Below are positions 1 to 11,767 of a stretch of 64,000 nucleotides of DNA, piece after piece (the stretch's first letter is position 1; every line of letters starts with the position of its first letter). This stretch comes from Podarcis filfolensis (lineage: Eukaryota): the NCBI GenBank assembly GCA_964270895.1, contig OZ185436.1. The stretch is one strand, 5' to 3'. The notes below the pieces were generated by a model that was not told where the DNA came from, did no database searches, and saw only the letters and a list, made by a program, of their open reading frames with translations. The position numbers and the translations under genes were made by a program.

Positions 1-456
1 TTGCCATCTTGCTGCTCATATTGTGCTGCCCTCAGTCATCATCTCCATTCTCCACCATCCCACCTTAAGCTCTCTCTTATTCTTTTGTCTTGTTTTTCCA
101 TCTCTTTCCATTTTTAAATAGGCTGTTAAGTTGCTTGCCTAGGAAGAGAGGTGATCCATTTGAACCACATCCTTCTCTCTTTCTCTCTCTCTCTCTCAAA
201 AAAAAGATGGGGGGAACCAGAGCCTTCATTTCATTTACAACACGGAGACCCTTTGAAGAGACTTCTTTTTCATAAGCCCGTTTGCCTGCTCGGTGCATCC
301 CGCAGGGACAAAGCAGCAGAAAGGGGGTCTCCTTCGCTCAGCTCGCCTGACCTACGACTCTCATTAAGAGAATCTTTTCAAACCAGACACTGCAAAAATG
401 TCTTGCTTGCGCCTCAGTTGCTTGGGGGAGGTGGAGGGGAGCTATTTGGAGAAGCT

Positions 457-470
457 GTCTCCATGGCAAC
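457..470. promoter_or_regulatory. RFX X-box-like motif
   Basis: GTCTCCATGGCAAC fits the RFX palindromic consensus GTYNCCATGGNAAC, in repeat-free sequence. Confidence 0.4.
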
Positions 471-2024
471 ACATATTCCCATCAGAAAATGTGCACAGGT
501 CACCTGTTTCTGTGAAAGTTTCTCTCTTGTTTTCTTTCCCTGTCTCTCCAACAGGTGCCAGGGGAGCAGATGCTGTTTGCCACAGGAGCCAGGAGGGGAT
601 GTGAGAACATCCCTGATTTGGGAGCAATGCCTCAGGAAAGCCATCCCCTCCCCCTCCCCCCCAACCCCAGCTGTGAAGTTGGCAAATGTCTACTCTGGTA
701 TGTGAACAGTAGCAAAATGCAGAGATCCCAGTGCTCCATATTGTGGGAGGGAAACAAGAACCTGACACTTCTGAGGGCTCAGGTGCAAACTTGAATGAAA
801 GGGGCAGCCAAGTGACAAGCCTGGTCTCCAGGTGCTATTCATGTCAAACCTGCCATTGTGAAAAGCAGTTCAAAGATATGGGAAGAAGAGGGAGTTTTAA
901 GAGAGGAGCATTGGCAGAATTGGCTTTGCAAGGAAACCAAGCCGTAGGTTTAGACAGTTCTGCTAAAATGGCTTTCACCCTCTTCCTCCAAGCAACAGAG
1001 ATGAGAACCACCTAGGGAAGTTTGAACAGTTTTTGCTTATTTGTGGTATATGGCTCGGGTGACTGCAAAAATTGCCCTCCTATAACATCCTAGATGTTCT
1101 TACACAAAATGGCACAAGGTGCATGGTACTGATAATGCATCATTTCCAGGGCTCCACAGCAGGCAAATCAGGGCCAGGAGATAGGCACACTGTTGATGTG
1201 GGCCTCAGTTCATGAAGGCTTATGCTATAATAAGCAAGTTCGCCTTTACGGTAGCACAAGACTCTATATTGCATTTGCCAGGATATTGGAATTAAAAAAT
1301 CTAGCAATGGAGCAATTCTGGGTGCACTTGCCTTGTGAGAGTCCTAGACTCAAGAAAAATGAAAAGGGAAGCAAGCAAGTAGGCAAAGAGGCCTGGATAA
1401 CTGTAAAACAAGGTCTTACCTAGGCTGAAAACAGGTCCCAAAAAGAAAACAAAAGTAGCCCAGATCAAGGCGCTCTTGCTATCATCTCTTGAAGAGATTC
1501 TAAACAGCTCTTTTTAATATTTATTCTCTTAGTTTAGTACTGAATTGTAAACTACCTCAAATGTCACAGCAGAAAGGCAGCATATCAAAGCAACTCCGAA
1601 AAGCCACAGTCTAATTTTGGAGAGTTACTGTAATATACAGTAGTGCCTAGACAAGTGTCACAGGTACTGGAAGTATGTAGCACACCCTTGGAAAGAACCT
1701 ATGGGCTTGTCAGGCCAACATGCCTGACCCCTCCTCAGTTCAGTAAGACAAAAGACAAAAACTACACCAAGGCACGTGGCAGGGTTGCATATGCACTTTC
1801 TCATACTTTATACTTGACTCAAGGACAAACTCTTGCCAGAAAGGCTGGCCACACTGGAGTTGAGAAACCGAAGACAGAAGTGCAGAAGACAGAAGGTTCT
1901 GATCTGTTGGCTAGTCTACAACAGATGACTAAGCTCCCATTATTTAATACCAGGTCTGTCCAACCCAGCTACTTCAAGCTCTCTAGCAATGACAGGAGGC
2001 CGTGTTGCACACCCCTATACCTTT

Positions 2025-2150
2025 ACATCTGAAGGCAGCCCTGATTAGGGAAGTTTTTAATGACTGATGTTTTAATGTATTTTTAATTTCTTGTTGGAAG
2101 CCACCCAGAGTGGCTGGGGTATAAGTAATAAATAATAAATAAATAAATAA
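2025..2150 (+). mobile_element. L2 LINE 3' end fragment with (AATA)n tail
   Basis: ACATCTGAAGGCAGCCCTG..GGAAGTTTTTAAT..GGAAGCCACCCAGAGTGGCTGGGG matches the 3' UTR of the L2 copy at 24 kb. Confidence 0.8.
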
Positions 2151-3436
2151 ATGGTTGAAAAGTGGTTGAAGCACACACTGATTGGATAGCTCACCAAACC
2201 AGGTCCAAACTTCAGGCTATTCAAACAACTGAGTCTATAGAGAATTAATTTTTTTAGGATTATGGTTCTAGGAGCCTCAGCAGCTAGAGACCTTGTATTT
2301 TTCCAGCTCAAGTCTTACATTCAGGAAATCAATAAAAGGTAAGGAAGAACATGCCTCTAAAAAGAATAGTTCTGATAGCAGTCCCTTAGTAATTAATCTG
2401 TGTTCTGCTCATTTGCCTCTGGTTTTGGTTAGAATCACAACTCTCAGATCCACAAGCACACACCTAACTGACTCTTTCTTCCTCATGTATTATCATTTCA
2501 AATTTCTGAATTTCAACTCCATATTTGTAAAAATGGAAAATCTTTTCTGTCTGCTTTGAGATTTACTTATAAATAGGGTCAACTGAAAGACCCCCAAACC
2601 TATAACTGACTAACCCTCTAATATGCCCCATAACCAAGTTACATTACCTCAATAACCTCATTCACAGAAACTTCATGACTGAAATCTGCAATAAAAATAT
2701 CCAGTTTCAAGTTCCCAAGAGAGGCACACACACAAAGCAATCATAAATTTGATGCACATTTGCCCAAGATTTCTATCTCACTAGGTTGAAAAAGAAAAGT
2801 TTCAACTTAGGATAAATCTCTGTTCTTCATTCAGTTTGAAAAACATAAGCACCAAGGATTTTGGATGTATTTATTTTTTAAACCAGAAAGGCAGCTCTCA
2901 TTAAAAAGCTACCAGGTGTTCCCAGCACTATCTGTAGCTCCTTTTTTAGCTTTAATGATTTCACTGCTTATGTTACAGATGCACTCTCCAGGACCTTTCC
3001 TGGAGCATCCAAATGTCATCTCTGCACCCTAAAGCAAGTGTAAATTTGGTAAATCTGATGTTGCTATTAAAAACGTAGACTTGCACATAAAGTGCACACT
3101 TAATAGCACTGCTTTCCTTACTCACTTTCTACTGCCCATATTATCAGCACAAGCTACAACAAGGCTTGTGCATTTACCCATAGTTAGGGCCAAAGGAAAC
3201 TAGTGTGCAAATGCTGAACAATTGGCATTTGCACACAGCCATTTATTATGGAAATGGCACTGCCCATAGACGCAAATTTAGGCAATACCATCCCCATGAA
3301 AATGCCATTCCACATTTTTTCTACCCTTTAATCCTGATTTACCATGGGTAGAGGGGGATGTTATTGCAGAAACATTAAATCTGGATTAAACGGGGGGGGG
3401 GATGTTGCATGTATATTCCTCAAAATATGCATGATA

Positions 3437-3481
<45 letters not shown>

Positions 3482-3600
3482 TATACTCCGCCCATCTGGC
3501 TGGGTTTCCCCAGCCACTCTGGGTGGCTTCCAAAAGAATATTAAAATACTGTGATACATCAAACATTAAAAGCTTCCCTAAACAGGGCTGCCTTCAGATG
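3437..3600 (-). mobile_element. L2 LINE 3' end with (AAT)n tail
   Basis: Reverse complement of the same L2 3' UTR and stem-loop; about 48-bp TTA microsatellite on the plus strand. Confidence 0.85.
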
Positions 3601-4282
3601 ATAGGCACTGAGGGCCCCTCCAGATGTCATTTTTTACTTCACATTCAATTATTATCTGTGTGCATGATGATATCAGGGCTATAATGCATGATCCCACTTT
3701 GAATAATATTTGCAGGTGCAAATGTTTTATGATGGTCACAGCACTTCATTTCCAATCAGTAAATATATCATAATCAGTGTTAGAAACTGGACTACAAAAG
3801 CTAGGAGCAACATTGCTCCTGGGACTTGGACTGTAGGCACAAAAACAGAATGTCTAGTTGCCACTTTTTTATTTATATAGAGATTTCTTTTTTAAAGACG
3901 CTACATGTTTTCTGTTTTAAAAACCAGATTTTGGCACAAATTTAATCCAGACATGTTGAGTAACATGAAAGAAATAATAGTTTAGCAGGAATTTGTTAAT
4001 ACAACTACGTGAGTGTCATAGCTACCTGGCAAGAGCAACAGGGAGAATCCCATAATGAAGGCTCTGTCATTTCCAACAGTCTATCCATCAATTTCCTTAC
4101 AGGAATATTTGTGGGAAACAACCTGCTATAGGAGATGCAAGAGATTCATCGCAAACAATGATAAGTTGGAGTGGGGAAGATGATACAACAGGAAGTACAA
4201 AGCACTGATGCTTCCTGGTGCCGTTGCAGGTCCTCTTTGAAGGCAGTTTAATATCCCCAGCCACATTATAAAGAAGGAAGTA

Positions 4283-4516
4283 TAGTGGTACCTCAGGTTA
4301 CAGACGCTTCAGGTTACAGACGCTTCAGGTTACAGACTCCACTAACCCAGAAATAGTACCTCGGGTTAAGAACTTTGCTTCAGGATGAGAACAGAAATCG
4401 CAGGGTGGTGGCAGCAGGAGGCCCCATTAGCTAAAGTGGTACCTCAGGTTAAGAATGGTTTCAGGTTAAGAACGGACCTCCAGAATGAATTAAGTTCTTA
4501 ACCCGAGGTACCACTG
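4283..4516. mobile_element. Tc1/mariner (Tigger/pogo-like) MITE
   Basis: TIRs (C/T)AGTGGTACCTC(A/G)GGTTA / TTAACCCGAGGTACCACTG, TA on both flanks, internal CAGGTTACAGACGCTT repeats. Confidence 0.85.
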
Positions 4517-6684
4517 TATTAGCACACAAGCATTGCTGTCCATGAATTCTTTAAAATGCCCAATTCAGCACAGAAAAATGTTGCTTTTAAAGAGGCAGGT
4601 GCAGATAGAGCCTTGAGAAAACATTTTGGAAGTGTAGCTAGGGGTTCAAGTCAGGCCAATTAAGAAAGGTGGGTGTTTTAAATGTTATCTTTTTATTTAA
4701 AATAAACAAAAATAATCCAGTAAGAACAAAAATGCAATCTGCTTTTTAAATCAACAGTGATGACTTAACATTCTAAGATTATCAGTTAATAATGGTTTAT
4801 ACAAATTGGTATAAATTAGGGAGAAAGGGAGGCAAGTACCAAACGACATCACCATCATGCTGAACATGTGGAAATGCCCTAGCTTACAATGAACACAGGA
4901 ATTCTGAAATTCATGATCAGTAATATTTCCCCCCACTGGAAAAACATAAGCTCTCTTTCTCCTAACAACATCATATATTGCAATCCATGGAGGTTTCCAA
5001 GTTTGACTGTTCTTTTGTTTTCTCCTCAAGATCGCCTGCATTCTAAGCAACATAGGGCAGGGTTGGGGAAGAGATAAAATTCCAGAGAATGGGGATGACC
5101 TACATGAAAACTGAATTGAATTGCACTGTCCTTTGGTCTTTAAACAGTCTCTCCCTTCTGAACTAAATAACACTCTTGCAGGTTACAGTATGTCCATTCA
5201 GCTAGCTTCCTTATCAGAGATGGGGAATAAACAAGATAACTGAATGGCAGTCTTTCCAAAGAGTGTTCTTTGCTGGCATGCAGTAGGGCAGGCAAAAAAG
5301 CACGTAAAGCTGTCAATTCTGATGAAGGAAAACTCTCACACAGGGTGCTAGGAAACAGCAGTACAAGAGTCAGATAAGATTTTAGGGATGTGTTTTTTAG
5401 AGTTAAAAGTTTGTGATAGGGAATTAGTTTGACAGGAGATGGGAATCAGTTGTGCTCTATTATATAGGAGAGGATACATGAATGGAAACATTTGTGATGT
5501 ACAAAACGTACATGAGAACCTAAACGCATTCCCTTCAAAATCACATTCCTGTGTTTTTTTTCTCTCTCTCTTCCTCTAGGCAAGACTGTTGCTGTGAAAT
5601 TGCCATGTCTCCTTTGTGCAATTTTATGGAGAGTCCAGACAACTTCATAAGCCAGTTGCAATCCTCCCATGTTTTCTTACCTTCCTCTACCTTTTTTTAA
5701 AATAAAATAAAAAACCCACAGAAAATCTGCTAAGGAGGGGAAGAACAGAATAGCAGTTCAATCTCTTTGCAGGTATGGATGGTAAAATGTGTGATGGAGG
5801 CAGAGTGAGAAGCAATGTTCCCGGGGGAGGTAGATGACATGTTGGGACAGCCTCTCCTCCTCAGCTGCTTGCCATGAATTTCTGGTTTCAGAGCTGTTTC
5901 ACATGCTGCACCATAAGTCCTTTTTCTCCTGATCTACCAGCTCTCTGCCTTAATTAATTGCTTCCTGTAATGAGGTTCCCTCAACCCACACAGTTCAAAT
6001 AGTTATTTAATTAGTAGATTACTTTGAAAACATTAGTGCTTACTTCCAAGTACAGATGTGCAGGTGTCTCTGGCTAAAACCCTATAAGGCTGCAATCCAT
6101 TAACCCTGGACTGCAGTCGGGCACAATTTGTTTTTAATGCAGTTATACTACAGTAGACAGACACAACTAAGAAGGAAAAATCAAGGCTATAAATTTTCGA
6201 TCCATATTGTAACACTGACTGGATCAGGATATCTGATTAGGTTCCATTGTGAAATTACGGTAACTACACTGGAAAAGGGCATTTCCAGGTGAAATCCATG
6301 GGACCTACAGTCCAATCCATAGTCATGTAAATGCAGAAGATAAGCTGCAACCCTCTTGCCCTGAGCTGCAGGCATTGTCTTTTTTAAAAAAAAAAATACA
6401 AGTTTTTAATTTTTTTCAATTGTACTGCTTCAGTAACTGCATACATGTACATAGGTACAAATACAAAATAAGGAGCTAAAATGGCACTGAGAAGCATCTG
6501 CTTCAAAATGTCAGAAGAGAAGTGACAAATGAGGGGAAAGGAGAGGAAACAACAATTCTCACAAAGCTTTGTCTTGCCCATAGTGCCATGCATATAGGCC
6601 CCAAAAAAGGATAGACCCCTGAAGTGTGGATGGCTAATGCAATCCTGCTTGCAGTTTACAGGACTAGAGGCCCTCCATCTATAA

Positions 6685-6978
6685 CAGTGGTTCTCAAAGG
6701 GGAGTGGATGGAATGGATGGCAAGTGTGGCAGAAAGATTCAAGAACAATCAAATAAACATTTCGGTACAGCATAGAATAGCACAGCACAGCATAGCATAC
6801 TTTCTGGATGTCCCAAGATAATATTATACAGTGGTTATGTTCTATGTTATAGATTAAGCACTGCTAGGAGTTTTTTTTTATTTTCCAATATATTTATTAT
6901 GAATAAAAAATTTGGTGTGGCATGAACAAATGTTTATTCTGAAAGCGTGGCCGAAAGAAATGAATTTGAGAAGCACTG
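6685..6978. mobile_element. hAT-Charlie-like MITE
   Basis: TIRs CAGTGGTTCTCAAA / TTTGAGAAGCACTG; 8-bp TSD ATCTATAA / ATCTAGAA (7/8, nTCTAGAn-like). Confidence 0.8.
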
Positions 6979-7971
6979 ATCTAGAAGCATCCACCCACCC
7001 ACCCACTCATTCATTCATACATACACACAAAATTGGCATTCTCTGAGGAAATATCTATGAGGCCAACAAACTTTTAGCTTCAAACATATTTAGCAAAAAA
7101 ATCATCCCAGTCCTTTGGGGATGGTAAGAAAGTGTCTTCCACTGGTACACATGAAGAAGATTACAAGCAAAAAAACCCCACATGTTTCCATCATAACAGT
7201 GAATATTTCAAAACCTTGTGTAGAACATTATACCAGGAATGGGGAAATAGATCTGATCTGTGGGCTGGACCCCTATCTCCCCAACATCCTCTGGGTCAAA
7301 GTTGACAAGTGGTAGAGCTGCCTACTTATCATCTGATGTCAGAATAATATCAGGTGACCCATGACATGGCACTTTAAAGTCTCCAATTGTTGAGTCTTCA
7401 AACCATTGTGCAGAGCTTCCTGCAAGTACAAATGATCAGTTGATTGTTAATGCTTACAGAGTGCCTGTACAACACTTTGAAGTCCTTAATATCAGATAAC
7501 AGTCAGGGCTGCAAAGTGCCATGCACAGCCCTCTGAAAGCACAGCCCATCAACAGTGATTGTGAAAAGAAAGGAAAAGCCATGCAGATCACTTATTGGCT
7601 CAGCCTTGACCTTACTGGACCTATTTCTGACATCATACATGACGTCAAGTTTACGGGAGGTGGGTATGGTTTCTCGTGGACAAAATGGAGAGGCCTGTCA
7701 GACCTAATTAGGCCCAACGGTCAAAGATTCCCCACCACTACTTCATACACTCCACTGATCCCGAAAGATAACTGGTGTCTTTGCAAAGTCTAAAGGAAAG
7801 ACGGTATCACAGGTAAATAATACGTAACAGCCAGCAACAGAAAAAGGATTCAGGCTGCATGATTAATTGGAAATATATAATATAAGATAATGTGTATCAC
7901 CTTCACAAGGCAAGGAGAGGGTTTTACCTAGCAGGCTTAAAACAGAAGACTTGTTACATAGGATCACTCAC

Positions 7972-8193
7972 CTTGATGTATACGTCAAGGGCTGTGTGGA
8001 CACGGTTCACTGCCAGATGGATGGACAGTGGAGTCGTGTAGGGAAAAGTTGCCATGACAACATGGCTAGGGGCTGGGAAGTTGATGATCTTGAAACCATA
8101 CTTCAGAAACATGCGCAGCACTTCCTCAGATGGCTTCTCTTCTCCTTCACTCAAGATGCTACCCACAAGATAGCGGCATTTCTCTGGATCCAC
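7972..8193 (-). CDS. TEX264: TEX264 second coding exon (74 codons, GyrI-like domain)
   Basis: VDPEKCRYLVGSILSEGEEKPSEEVLRMFLKYGFKIINFPAPSHVVMATFPYTTPLSIHLAVNRVHTALDVYIK continues the TEX264 sequence (..CRCAVGSILSEGEE...FGFKVFSFPAPSHVVTATFPYTT..). Acceptor TTTCTCTTTAAAG/GTG, donor AAG/GTGAGT, 222 nt, phase 0-0 and in frame with the previous exon. Confidence 0.97.
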
Positions 8194-8627
8194 CTTTAAA
8201 GAGAAATAAGGGCTGGCATTAGACAACAAAGGGCTTCAAAGGGCTCATGATACTGTGTTTAAAATAATGGAATAATACCAGTCTTATCATTCAGTGATCC
8301 TACCTATAGCTTAAGGCAGTGGTTCCCAAACAATGTTCTGGAGAGCCCTAGGGTTTCTCAGAAGCTTATTAGAAATGGCAAACATTTCCCAGCATGATAA
8401 CTTCCCTACCATTACTGACATTTATGTGCAGCCAAAGAAGAGCGCTGTACAAATTGACCCAGAGCCAAACAACACAGTTTTGAGAACCTTTAAGTCAAGA
8501 TGGGACTCTGGGTGGTTTATTAAATTGTGCATCCAATTGTCATATTTGCCTGAAAAGGGGGTTGTGGGGAAATTGCAGTCAAATATAAGTAGCAAGCTTA
8601 GGGCTAGTTAATACATGAAGGGGTTAA

Positions 8628-8981
8628 AGGTAAAGGTAAAGGGACCCCTGAACATTAGGTCCAGTCACGGATGACTCTGAGGTTGCGGCGCTCATCTCGC
8701 TTTATTGGCTGAGGGGGCCGGCGTACAGCTTCCAGGTCATGTGGCCAGCATGATTAAGCCGCTTCTGGCAAACCAGAGCAGCGCACGGAAATGCCGTTTA
8801 CCTTCCACCGGAGCGGTACTTATTTATCTACTTGCACTTTGATGTGCTTTCGAACTGCTAGGTTGGCAGGAGCAGGGACCGAGCAACGGGAGCTCACCCT
8901 GTCGCGGGAATTTAAACCACCGACCTTCTGATCGGAAAGTCCTAGGCTCTGTTGTTTAACCCACAGCGCCACCTGCATCCC
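8628..8981 (-). mobile_element. Full-length Sauria SINE
   Basis: tRNA-like head, recalled Sauria body, (ACCTTT)n tail; 15-bp TSD ACATGAAG(G/A)GGTTAA at 8613-8627 and 8982-8996. Confidence 0.92.
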
Positions 8982-9328
8982 ACATGAAGAGGTTAAGACC
9001 AGAGAATTATATTCCTAGACCCAGTTAGGTCATGGGCCCTTGTCTCCAGAGAAGTAAAGCTTCTTTGTTCATTTTCTTTCACTATGTGAGATAGGATGTG
9101 CCTGAGCTTACTCGCTACAAACTCAGATCATGTGCTTAGAGCTATTTCACTATATTTTGTATCCCACATTGCTGCTGCATAGAATAACTGTGCATAGAAT
9201 GACTCTGACGTTTGGAGTTTGTAAGTAAAGCATTTAAACTTACGAACAGTGTGGTCTGTTCACTGCAAGATGGGTAGAGAGGGGAAGCACTGTAAAAATT
9301 GTGAACCATCCAGAACAAATTTGGGGGG

Positions 9329-9462
9329 TTACAGATAGGTAGCCGTGTTGGTCTGCCATAGTCAAAACAAAAAAATTTTTTCCTTCCAGTAGCACCTTAA
9401 AGACCAACTAAGTTAGTTCTTGGTATGAGCTTTCGTGTGCATGCACACTTCTTCAGATACAC
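9329..9462 (-). mobile_element. Penelope-like element terminal (pLTR) fragment
   Basis: GTAGCCGTGTTGGTCTG...AGCACCTTAAAGACCAACTAAG...GAGCTTTCGTGTGCATGCACACTTCTTCAGATAC resembles the recalled reptile Penelope terminus and contains the hammerhead core. Confidence 0.7.
9423..9460 (-). ncRNA. Minimal type-I hammerhead ribozyme motif (Penelope-like element associated)
   Basis: Minus strand reads GUAU-CUGAAGA-A-GUGUGCAUGCACAC-GAAA-GC-UC-AUAC: stem I GUAU/AUAC, core CUGAnGA, self-complementary stem II, core GAAA, palindromic AGCU stem III, CUC cleavage triplet (cut between 9427 and 9426). Confidence 0.8.
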
Positions 9463-9557
9463 AGGGGGGGTGTATAGGGAGGTGTATAGGGAGGTGTATA
9501 GGGAGGTGTATAGGGAGATACACAGGGGGGGTGTATAGCGAGAGGAGAGGGAGGGGA
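9456..9557 (+). repeat. G-rich tandem repeat (12-bp unit GGAGGTGTATAG about x4, bracketed by a 22-bp direct repeat)
   Basis: GATACACAGGGGGGGTGTATAG at 9456-9477 and 9517-9538 with GGAGGTGTATAG units between; six or more G3+ runs. Confidence 0.9.
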
Positions 9558-9711
9558 AGTTCCACTGTGCAGTTGGAAGTCCTTGCTAAAATGGAACAAC
9601 TTTGTTGGATGCAACTCTATTCATTTAACATTGTGTGGTTTGGCCCTCAGTTTACGCAGGAATTTGGCAAAGGTTACCATAGTTGGTAACCTATGTGAAC
9701 TGAGATGGTGA

Positions 9712-9847
9712 CAAGGTTTCCCAAACTTGGGTCTTCAGCTGTTTTTGGACTATAACTCTCATCATCCCTAGCTAGCAGGACAAATGGTCGTGGATGATGG
9801 GAAATGTAGTCCAAAAACAGTTGGACACCCAAGTTTGGGAAACCCTG
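9712..9847. mobile_element. Palindromic hAT-like MITE
   Basis: TIRs CAAGGTTTCCCAAACTTGGG / CCCAAGTTTGGGAAACCCTG with the GACTATAACTCTCATCATCCC...GGGAAATGTAGTCC inner palindrome. Confidence 0.8.
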
Positions 9848-11646
9848 CCTTAGCAGATGCCAAGAGATTTATTGGCAAGACAAATCAATGTTAAAGGTCA
9901 CTCTGAAAGTTGGCATTTTGGAAACCACTGCTTTAAGAAAGCAAAAGTTATTCTTATTACATTTGTTCAATGCTTTTTACCATCAAAGCAACTTACAAAA
10001 GATCAAAATACAGAACTTCTGAAACATTTAAAAACCACAATGCAGAATAAAACATAATGATAAACACTTCAACAGAAATATCGAATTGAGTCTGAGGGAT
10101 GCTTCACATATTGCATTTTCACCATATACATGCTTCATGCTTGCTGTAAGTGAAAGGCAAGCAAAAGCAAATTAGTTGTTTTTACTGATGTTTGGTTCTT
10201 GAATACTGTCTAATATCCAATAAAAATTCAACCAGTAACTATATGACTAGTATTTATCACTATAGATTGGTTAATTGTGCCATATTACTGTTGCCCTCTG
10301 CTACACAAAAATAGCTTTTCACCAACATCATAGGAGGCACAGTCACACAGCTCACAGCCACTAAGTGGAAAAAGTAGGTCCAGCTCTCATTAGTACTGCA
10401 TTTAAAAAATGATTCTCAGAATAAAGATGGAAAGATCAACTTTAGGAATGTGGTAAAGATTACTCCAAACTTAATTTCAGCCTTGTATCTCCCTTGGAAC
10501 CCCAGAGCTGCAGTGAATAAGAAAACACATATAAGCATGTGCCGGGTGCCTTTCTTCAAATACTAATAATCACAACATAAGCAGCCAGGTACACCTGGGG
10601 TTAGGATTAGGAAAAAGGTTTCCAGCTTAGAAGGGATGTCAAAATAGGTTTGAGCGTTGTCACCACACATTTAGAGTATAGTCATGAAAATCATGTGTTT
10701 CCATGTTTCATTTGCTCATAGGTAATTTTACTGCAGAGTGGATGCTATTTGTCCCAGTTGTGGATTAGCAGATTCTCACAAGTAGCCACTGCATATGGAT
10801 TATATGTATTGAAAGGATTTCTGTGTAAACCTTATTTTTGGCGTAATGGAAGACAAAAGTCTATATAAGTTAAATGAATGTCTATGAATCCAAAAGGCTG
10901 GCAGTAGACTCTAGTCTGTCTTGACAAACAAACCAGACCAAACTTAAGGGTCAGATTATGAAATCTGAAAAATCTTTCTCATCTGAGCAACAGAGAGAAT
11001 AAGTGCCTCACAGCAACAACTATGCACAACATAGACATTATCTGGTGGAAGGCTTCATTGACTTCTGTAGTGGCTGATCTATTTGTTACTCAACAATGCC
11101 AATTGTAGGAAAGAGACCAATTAAAGCCAGTGCCAATTATCTGTCTATTATGAGTGAAGCAACAAGTGAGCAGCAGCAGCTGCTGCCACTGCCAATCCAA
11201 AGGTCTTACTGCTCTACCTGCTAGCCAAGGACCATGCTGTGACATTTTAAAAAAATATATGCAGACAGACTTTTAAGGAATCTGCCAGCTGAATATTAAA
11301 AACAAACCCCTGACATTCTCAGGGCCGTCATCCAGGCCAGCGCTGCCATTTCTGCTGCGTGCTGTGAATGAGTTTTCCTTTTCATTTTACTCATTCAATG
11401 ACAGGTATAGATCACCATGGTCTTGAAAGCATGTTTTAGATGTTTTTGATGCTTTCCTAAAGGCACTAAAGCCAAGCAAAAGGCCAGGCAGAGGAAGAAG
11501 ATGCTGTTTGCCAGAGACCAATTCTCCTTACTAAATATGGAAACGTGTGAGTCAAATCAGGTCCCCCTTTTCCCACATCAGTCATAAGTATGGAGTTAAA
11601 AAGACTGATAATGCAAAGGTACAGTTAAAATACGTGGGGAGGCTTT

Positions 11647-11767
11647 GGGTGGCATTCGACTAAGCCTTTCTCAGAACAGACCCATTAAAATTAATGACCA
11701 TAACTAAGATAGCTCTATTAATGTCCATAGGTCTACTCTGGGTAAAACTTAGATGAATAGCACAACT
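11647..11767. mobile_element. Degenerate palindromic squamate MITE
   Basis: ATTCGACTAAG..CAGAACAGACCCATT ... ATAGGTCTACTCTGGGTAAAACTTAGATGAAT inverted arms. Confidence 0.6.

Larger units (their letters stand above)
8317..9930. mobile_element. Possible old hAT element hosting several nested insertions
   Basis: Ends CAGTGGTTCCCAAACAATG / CATTTTGGAAACCACTG are imperfect inverted repeats; flanks GCTTAAGG / CTTTAAGA match only 5/8. Confidence 0.35.

Noticed and set aside
151-794. Overlapping ORFs up to 184 aa at the window start
   Set aside because: No recognisable domain; they run through CT/GA microsatellite and G/C runs, and no frame stands out.
3344-3684. Poly-Ile / poly-Tyr ORFs (also 24777-25019 and the SL repeat at 27325-27813)
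   Set aside because: Translations of (TTA)n and (TC)n microsatellites.
1-7971. Next TEX264 coding exon (ERKLCAHPR.EIY...)
   Set aside because: No matching minus-strand peptide found by eye or in the ORF track; presumably beyond the window start.
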